From NCBI GenBank assembly GCA_016839785.1, contig JAEOTQ010000057.1, forward strand, positions 1 to 45,772: 45,772 nucleotides of DNA, written 5' to 3'. Shown piece by piece: positions 39,002 to 45,772 of this stretch. The stretch comes from Candidatus Hodarchaeota archaeon (GTDB lineage Archaea; Asgardarchaeota; Heimdallarchaeia; Hodarchaeales; Hodarchaeaceae). Made by a program: the position numbers and the translations under genes. The notes beneath the pieces were generated by a model. The model worked only from the letters and a program-made list of their open reading frames with translations, made no database searches and was not told where the DNA came from. Position 1 is the stretch's first letter, and each line of letters starts with the position of its first letter.

Positions 39002-39898
39002 TCATGATTGAATCAAATCAGTCATGAGAATTTCGACCATTCTTTTCCAATATGGCTCAATTTTCCACTCTATTCCATTCCTGATATTCCTAGCTAATTC
39101 AGTGAACTCTTCCTCAATCCTCAATGACTCAAGATAATTTATTCTAGGAGCTAAAGCAACTAACATGAACTGTCTCTTACCACCTCTTACCTCGTCATCA
39201 TCGATTGCGTCAAAATATATATATCCATCTTTATTTATGCTAGCTATTCTTAATAAGAGCCCTTGTGGATCATAATCTGTGGTTTGTCCATAGACTGAAA
39301 CTGTTGCTTGGAATAGTTGTGTTCCAATGATATCAAAATCAATAGATGAATCAACTTTTTCTGGAAAAATGGTAGTAATTTTCGGTCCAAATGACTCATC
39401 CCAATCTATAATTAGGATAACTAATTCTTCTTTTTCACCTTTCATGAGTGAAGGTTTAAGATTTTTGATTAATAAGTCCAATATTTTTTGGCCAATCTTC
39501 TGAGAATATGTGCTCTGAAATTTATTTCTCCTTAGCTTTCCCTTTATACTTGCGAGTAAATCATCATTGTCAAAGGGCTTGATGATATAATCATCTACGC
39601 CGAGTTTTTTACCAAATCGAACATCTTCGGGATCAGATTTTGCTGTTAAGAAAATAAATGGAATCCGAAACCAATTAGGATTATCAGAAACTTTCTCAAA
39701 GAAATCGTAGCCATCCATTTCAGGCATCATAATATCACTAAGAATTAAATCTGGAGGATTGTCCATTGTTTCAAGTAGTTTTAACGCTTCGACTCCATTT
39801 TGAGCTTTGTACGTCTGATAATCATTCAACCTAAGAATCAAATCAAGATTCAGCATTATTTGCTTATTATCTTCTACAATCAAGATTGTTTTTGTCAA
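39002..39898 (-). CDS. Response regulator: receiver fused to a uDENN/longin-like output domain
   Basis: Receiver ILIVEDN, DLILSDIMMP, FLTA and KPF. The C-terminal domain 'ILIIDWDESFGPKITTIFP...GYIYF...RGGKRQFMLVAL' has no HTH. Confidence 0.85.
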   Translation of the reverse strand: MTKTILIVEDNKQIMLNLDLILRLNDYQTYKAQNGVEALKLLETMDNPPDLILSDIMMPEMDGYDFFEKVSDNPNWFRIPFIFLTAKSDPEDVRFGKKLGVDDYIIKPFDNDDLLASIKGKLRRNKFQSTYSQKIGQKILDLLIKNLKPSLMKGEKEELVILIIDWDESFGPKITTIFPEKVDSSIDFDIIGTQLFQATVSVYGQTTDYDPQGLLLRIASINKDGYIYFDAIDDDEVRGGKRQFMLVALAPRINYLESLRIEEEFTELARNIRNGIEWKIEPYWKRMVEILMTDLIQS

Positions 39899-40383
39899 TG
39901 AGAATCCCTGATTTTTTCAACATAGTCGCGTGAGAATAGTATTCAATTATTGTATGCGTGTTGGTAAATGAAGTCCGCTCTTCATATTTAAAGATATGAA
40001 TTTAAAAAATTCAAACACTCATACAAAATTTTCTTGAGGTGATATGAAAGTGAAGGACTGAATGGAAGCATTGTTCTTCAAGAAAAAAGGCTCAAGATTG
40101 AGTCTTTCAAATTTTTATAAGTTAATTATCTAGATAAATGCTTTAAATTTATTGTTTTAACTCTCGGAAACATTATAGAGATCATACATTCAAATTAGAA
40201 AGATATGTAAGGGATCGGGAAGGGTGATTCTAATTTTGTTTGTCGATTTGACTAACCTTCTTGTTGAGGAAACTGGTATCAAAGAAAAGCAATTGGTTTT
40301 TCTTTTTTTGAGATTGTGGAATGATACCTCACTAACTAGATGGATTACTCAATAAAGGAGCCAAGAAGGGATTTTAATCCATT

Positions 40384-41058
40384 CTATTGAATAACCCTCG
40401 TCATTATCTTTCCTTCAGCCTTCCGAAGATGTTCTAAGATGGCGGCCTTAGAGACTCCAAATTCACGTGCTAATTCCATTGTAGTAATCTTACGAGGGAT
40501 TTCATAATATCCTGATTGTTTTGCTTTTATTAAAATTGCTTTTTGTCGTTCAGTTAACCCAGATAAGATACTTTCATCATTATATGTGTGATCCTGAATT
40601 CTTAAGACAGTTAAATCTCCGACAACTTTCTTAACCAAAGTTAAAAATGAGGATAACGCTTTTTCTTCACCTAAAATCGAAAAAACCAGACGGTTACCTT
40701 CTAAGTAAGCAGGAGTTTCATAAAATATCTCTTCTATTCCAAAAGGTGAAAAATTCGAATGTATAGTGCTTAGGGTTGCATAGTCATAGTGTATTTGGAT
40801 AAGAACAAGAAATTGATTTTCATGTTGAGTGAAAACTTTTAGGATTCTAGCAAATGGAGGAAAAGGAATATCATCTAAGGTATACCCAGATTTCATGGTA
40901 AATTCAACAATGGCTATTTTTTCACCTTTCTGATAATCAATCTTCAATAAAGATTTAGCCTCGATTTTATCAACTAGGGCTTGAATTGATGAAAAAGCAT
41001 CAAAAGAAATCTTTTCCGTAAGAATGGAAAAATCGATTTCTAAAGTTATGGTTCGCAA
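40384..41058 (-). CDS. Transcriptional regulator with C-terminal HTH-10 (bacterio-opsin activator-type) domain
   Basis: LTERQKAIL..A...GYYEIPRKITTMELAREFGVSKAAILEHLRKAEGKI; divergent from the ABC operon. Confidence 0.9.
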   Translation of the reverse strand: MRTITLEIDFSILTEKISFDAFSSIQALVDKIEAKSLLKIDYQKGEKIAIVEFTMKSGYTLDDIPFPPFARILKVFTQHENQFLVLIQIHYDYATLSTIHSNFSPFGIEEIFYETPAYLEGNRLVFSILGEEKALSSFLTLVKKVVGDLTVLRIQDHTYNDESILSGLTERQKAILIKAKQSGYYEIPRKITTMELAREFGVSKAAILEHLRKAEGKIMTRVIQ

Positions 41059-41248
41059 TATCCTAACCTAAGATTGTGAATCATCCGAGTCTTTAAATAA
41101 TACTTACTCAGACAAGCAATAATTAAATTAAGTGACGCAAAATCTCCTTTTAACGATAATAATTGTCTAATTACTTCTAACAAGGATTTAGTCAGAAATT
41201 TCTTATTGAGTATTATTTCATTTTTTTATTTTTTCAATGGTGTAGAAG

Positions 41249-42154
41249 ATGACATCTGAAACAAAGATCGAAATTAAAGGATTAACGAAATACTATGGGA
41301 AAACTCGCGGGATAGAGGATTTAGATCTCGAAGTTAAAAGTGGTGAAATATTTGGATTTCTGGGCCCAAATGGGGCGGGGAAAACAACCACAATACGCTG
41401 TATGATGAATACACTGTTACCAACTAAAGGAGAAATAAGAATCTCAGGTGAGTTAGTAACACGAGGAAATCCAAAGTTGCGAGAGAAGATAGGGTATGTT
41501 CCAGGTGAATTGGCTTTACCTGAATATTATAGAGTTAATGAATTCCTAAATTATATTGAAGCCATGCGAGGTAAACCAGAGACACGACGTCAAGAAATAA
41601 TAGATCGATTTGATCTGAATTCTAACCTTCACAAGAAAATTGGAGAATTGTCGAAGGGTAACAAACAGAAACTAGGCATTGTCTCTGCGTTTATGAATGA
41701 TCCTGAGGTTCTTATAATGGATGAGCCCACAGCTGGGTTAGATCCATTACTCCAACAAGAGGTCTATAAACTTTTAATTGAATCAAAAAAGGAGGGGAAA
41801 ACACTTTTTATGAGTTCTCATAATCTTGAAGAAGTCCAAAGAGTATGTGATCGAGTTGGGATAGTTAAAAATGGTTCACTTATTAGTATAGAGGATATTG
41901 AAAATCTTAACAAGGATGTTCCCCGTATCGTGGAAGCACGTCTTCGAAATCCTGACGAAACTCGCCTTGCCGAATTTGGTAATCGACTACTCGAATTTCG
42001 AAAGCATGATAGTTTCGTTCGAATATTGATTCGCATGGAGGATTCGATAAAGGATAATATAGGGATTCTTTTAGCTCAGGATCCAGAGGAGCTTATTTAT
42101 CCCCCTGCGAGTCTTGAAGAGTTCTTCTTGCAGTTCTATGAAAGGAAAAATTAG
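41249..42154 (+). CDS. ABC-2 type transporter ATP-binding protein
   Basis: GPNGAGKTT, LSKGNKQK, LIMDEP and SSH motifs. Confidence 0.95.
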   Translation: MTSETKIEIKGLTKYYGKTRGIEDLDLEVKSGEIFGFLGPNGAGKTTTIRCMMNTLLPTKGEIRISGELVTRGNPKLREKIGYVPGELALPEYYRVNEFLNYIEAMRGKPETRRQEIIDRFDLNSNLHKKIGELSKGNKQKLGIVSAFMNDPEVLIMDEPTAGLDPLLQQEVYKLLIESKKEGKTLFMSSHNLEEVQRVCDRVGIVKNGSLISIEDIENLNKDVPRIVEARLRNPDETRLAEFGNRLLEFRKHDSFVRILIRMEDSIKDNIGILLAQDPEELIYPPASLEEFFLQFYERKN

Positions 42155-42165
42155 GTGAACCAAGA

Positions 42166-43878
42166 ATGACTATCAAATTCACAGTTCAACGCCTTTGGCT
42201 TGATATGAAGAGGTATAGAACTTTTTCATTACTAATAGCTCTTATTTTTCCGATAGGTGCTGCTCTTTTTTTTATTATCTACCCTGGTCCTGAATTCTTC
42301 GATGTTTTTCTTGAGATACCTGCTTTTCAAGCTCTTGTTGGGGAGCTACCTGATATTGGAAATCCAAGTTTACTCCTTTGGATCCTAATACTTTTAGCAA
42401 TATTTCTAAATATCCTATATCCAGTAATAGGGATCCTATTTGGAGCTCGTATTTTACCATTTAATGAGAATGACGGAAAAGAATTAATTTTTAGCACAGA
42501 GAAATCACCTTTAGAGTATTTTTTAGAAAATTTGTTCCTTGTGGTCATCTTAATTTCGCTGGTTGTGTTACCAGCGTATCTCGTAGGATTAGGTTTCCTC
42601 TTTTCAGATGAGGGTGCTGTACCGTCTTTTACAATCGCTTTTATCCTTCCTCTCTTTTTTGCATTAGTTGTAACACTAGTTACTAGTCTGGGTTGTGCAA
42701 TTTGGTCATCTACGAGAGCTGGTTATGCCTTAGGTGGTATCTTCTTCATTGTGTCGTTTACTTTGGATCTCTTACAACAAGAAATCGACTTCGTAAAGGA
42801 TTTCAACCTGATGACGAAGAGTAATGCTATGTTGCACGCCATAAAAGGAACTTGGAATTTAGAATTCATCCTCACATGTCTCTTTCTAATGGTACTTCTT
42901 ATAATCTTGACAATTTTCTTCTTATATAGGACAGATTACATTGAAACACGCTCATCATACAATAAACCAGTTAACCTAGAAGAAAGCCGTGGAATTATAG
43001 CTAAATTTTCTTTCATACGTACTCCTGTCGAATCAGTACTTTCTCAAGTTGGATGGAAAAATCCAGCCTTTCGAGATCAGCTACAATCGTCAGCAGGATT
43101 ATTTCTGATTTATTCAGTTGTAACGTGCGGTTTACTAATGTTGGTAGCTTTAGTATATCCTGGAGATGCAGCGATGAAGGAAGTGTTTTCTGGATTGGAT
43201 GCAGTATTTAATTCTCCTATCATAGCTGCTTTTCTGTTTGGGCATCAGTTGACGGCGAGTCTAGAGGGCTTCTTGCTTTACAAGATTATGGCTTTCCATT
43301 GGATTTACTATGGTCCCTTTCTCTTCATTGCAACGTATAGTATTATTTTGCGTGATAAAAGTGCAGGATATGACGAAATAACCTGGTCGATGCCCCGTAC
43401 TCGCTCTAAGGTTATCGTGGAAAGAACGATTGCAGCTATCTTGTATCTCTGGATAATTATAGTTGCAAATTTTGTTGCACTTTACTCAGGGGAAATTATT
43501 CTGAGCACCTATGCAGATATTGTGATGACAGACTTTATGGCTACTGTTCTAACATTTTTCTATCTAGCGTTAGGGTACAGTCTTTTTCTCATAATTTTTG
43601 TTGCATTAGCCTCGATTCCACGGCCAAAATATCTAGCATTAACACTTCTAGGGGCTTTTCTAATAGCGGTGTTTATACCATTAATTTGGTACATAAATCA
43701 AGAGCTTTCATGGTTATTGTACCTCTCGCCCTTCTATTATTTCGATGTCGCAGGATTATTTTTGAGTGATATCCGCCTTGTAGAAATAATCCCCGAAACA
43801 ATCATCTATGGAGCTATTTCTCTCATATTTCTTGTCACAGTTCTCAGATTCTGGACTCCTAGGCGTGATATAACTTAA
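42166..43878 (+). CDS. ABC-2 type permease with two tandem permease domains
   Basis: Two similar ~6-TM halves (IIYPGPE / LVYPGDA); SPFYYF and RRDI terminus; follows the ATPase. Confidence 0.85.
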   Translation: MTIKFTVQRLWLDMKRYRTFSLLIALIFPIGAALFFIIYPGPEFFDVFLEIPAFQALVGELPDIGNPSLLLWILILLAIFLNILYPVIGILFGARILPFNENDGKELIFSTEKSPLEYFLENLFLVVILISLVVLPAYLVGLGFLFSDEGAVPSFTIAFILPLFFALVVTLVTSLGCAIWSSTRAGYALGGIFFIVSFTLDLLQQEIDFVKDFNLMTKSNAMLHAIKGTWNLEFILTCLFLMVLLIILTIFFLYRTDYIETRSSYNKPVNLEESRGIIAKFSFIRTPVESVLSQVGWKNPAFRDQLQSSAGLFLIYSVVTCGLLMLVALVYPGDAAMKEVFSGLDAVFNSPIIAAFLFGHQLTASLEGFLLYKIMAFHWIYYGPFLFIATYSIILRDKSAGYDEITWSMPRTRSKVIVERTIAAILYLWIIIVANFVALYSGEIILSTYADIVMTDFMATVLTFFYLALGYSLFLIIFVALASIPRPKYLALTLLGAFLIAVFIPLIWYINQELSWLLYLSPFYYFDVAGLFLSDIRLVEIIPETIIYGAISLIFLVTVLRFWTPRRDIT

Positions 43879-44217
43879 AAGGGTACCCCTTCATTTCGAT
43901 TTTAAAGCATCTACCTGTCCAGGGGAATTGGGAGTTATCTTTTTACTCTTCAACTAAAAATTATCCTTTCCCAGTAAAAGATTGAACCCTATTAGAATTC
44001 AATCACTTGAAGAGAGCTCACTTTCTATATGTATATTAGCTGATTGCAAAAAGCTTTCGGAATTTATTCATTTTAGGTAGATAAATTCGCTCCAGTTTGG
44101 AATTCAGTCATTTCAAGTCCAATACACTTAATCTTAAAAACCAAAGTTAGAGAATATCCTCGTTTATCAATAGTTTGAAATTTCCTTCTATAAAAGGAAA
44201 ATTTAATCACTTTGAAT

Positions 44218-45225
44218 TTAATTGAGATAAGAGAGAAGATTAGTTTGAACGAACGGTCTAGAATAGACTTGATGATGCCAGTTCCAGACTCCATACAATT
44301 GACTCAGGATACAGGTGAGTAAAACATATTTCGTGACTTTTTTCACTCCTCTCACGGGAACTGTTCGTCCCTGGAGAATTTCCTTGAAGCTAGAATTGTA
44401 ACGTTCAACAGACATTCGTTGATAATAATACTTTTGACGTAAACGTATCCCTTCAGTTCCTAGACATCGTTTTCTCCAGTTTCTCTGTGGTAGATTAAGA
44501 AACTGTTTGATTTTTGACTTCTTGGGATTATAATCAATCAAAGGAACAAGTTGCAATTGGATACAACGATGATAGCTTTTCTTATCATCACAAGCCGAAT
44601 CAGAGGTTAGTAAAGTAGCGTTACATAAGTTTCGAGATTCTAGATCATCGAATAACCGTTGTGCGGTCATAGATTGATGAATATTGGCGGGACTAACCCG
44701 AGCCGCTCGGACCATTTCACTATCTGAACCTGTTACAAATTGCACCCAATAGCCATGGAATCGTTCTTTATCAGATTTATAGCCGAATCCTGCCTCTGAA
44801 TCGGAATTATGCTTATTTCGACCATTGGAGAGGATATCAGTAGCGTCTAGGGATAATTCGTCTTTTAGAAAAGCTCCTTCTTTAGCTAGATAATCATCGA
44901 TTTTCCGAATGATAGTTTGCAACCGTTTTTGACTTATTTTACGGTTGAATCTAGAAAAAGTATCATGTGAGGGAATATGATCGTTCCTAAATCCACAAAA
45001 CTGGCGATAGGTGACATTCTCTTCCAATTTACGGACTAGAGCGGTATCATACTGGATGTGTTCTCTGATCTTTAATAGTAGAGCCAAAAAGAGATTAATT
45101 GAAGAAAATCCTGTCCTTCCTAAACGAGATTTTCGCTTAGGTAACCATCGGTTAAATTTAAGACTGAGAACACAATCTTTAAGTAGGGGTAACGATACGG
45201 TTGTAGTGGAGCGAATGGTTGCTAT
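44218..45225 (-). mobile_element. DDE transposase (IS4/IS5/IS1182-like); probable ATA start at 45225
   Basis: YRQFCGF..IPSHDTFSRF, SLDATD, DSACD and YYQRMSVERYNS motifs. The open frame extends 46 codons upstream of TTG 45087 and includes GRTGFS..NLFLALLLK. Terminal repeats not resolved. Confidence 0.85.
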
Positions 45226-45772
45226 CTTAGTAACCTCCTGAAGGATTAGATTACGATCACTTTGCTGGGTAACCGTAATCTATCCGCTCTACTACATAGA
45301 CGATTATAAAAGGTTTTTGGTCTCTGATATGAATTGCAAGTTATGCAAAAAAGGAAATTTCATCATTCAAACATTGAATCTTAAGATTTACCTCTCTTAG
45401 ATTCAATTCTGAACTCAAATCTTGGAATTAACGGTTCAATCTCCCCTGAGATTAAAAATCGTTTTGCAATTGTCTAAATATAAAGAAGAAAAAGATCTTT
45501 AATGCTAGCATGATTTTTTTTTGCGAATTTTTTCAACTAAAGTGGATTGACCGTAAACACTTCGAAAAAAAATCGACCTTAACAAATTAGAAGAAAACAA
45601 TTTCCTTAACTGCACTCATTATTAAAAATACAACAAACAGGTAAAAAATCTGATAACCTAGGAATTTCTTTCTAGCACCACTCAGATGGAAATAATAAAA
45701 GGTTATGATAAGTTCAAAAAGTGTACTTGATACACTATAGAGAATTAATGCAATAATAACTGATTTGAATAT

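Noticed and set aside
44073-44294. 73-aa minus ORF overlapping the transposase 3' end, and + ORF 45011..45241
   Set aside because: No motifs, and both overlap a well-supported gene.
44040-45475. ATTGCAAAA (~44043) / TTTTGCAAT (~45462) as transposon terminal inverted repeats
   Set aside because: Only 9 bp of AT-rich match with no evident target duplication, so it is not distinguishable from chance.
1-45772. CRISPR arrays, tRNA/rRNA genes, and the remaining short ORFs nested in larger genes
   Set aside because: No regularly spaced repeats or GC-rich structured RNA segments were seen by eye; the nested ORFs are off-frame or antisense to motif-supported genes.

Overview
AT-rich window, most likely from an Asgard archaeon (Heimdallarchaeia/Hodarchaeales-like). 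This is inferred from a Lys-rich tailed archaeal histone, several longin-like domains, Rab-, Arf- and Rag-like small GTPases, a heliorhodopsin and a PGF-CTERM-like surface protein. Left part (1.5-12.5 kb): a light/UV-stress island with two DUF1295 proteins, a PNPOx-like protein, UvsE, photolyase, heliorhodopsin, a Staygreen homolog, lipid enzymes and two paralogs of a Cys-containing 'CNIG' membrane domain, one fused to a longin domain and split across two genes. Middle: surface proteins, a wHTH-ParA/MinD-membrane protein cassette with an upstream 24-bp palindrome, MFS, PlsC, pirin, histone, GNAT and Zn fingers. Right part (29-40 kb), the most striking region: two cytosolic histidine kinases and two receiver proteins, one fused to a uDENN/longin-like domain, interleaved with three different eukaryote-like small GTPases, preceded by a possible gelsolin-like gene and a wHTH protein with four WH2-like repeats. 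The window ends with an HTH-10 regulator, an ABC-2 exporter and a DDE transposase. There are two pseudogenes and two probable ATA start codons. No rRNA, tRNA or CRISPR array was recognised. All family calls come from reading motifs by eye, not from database searches.
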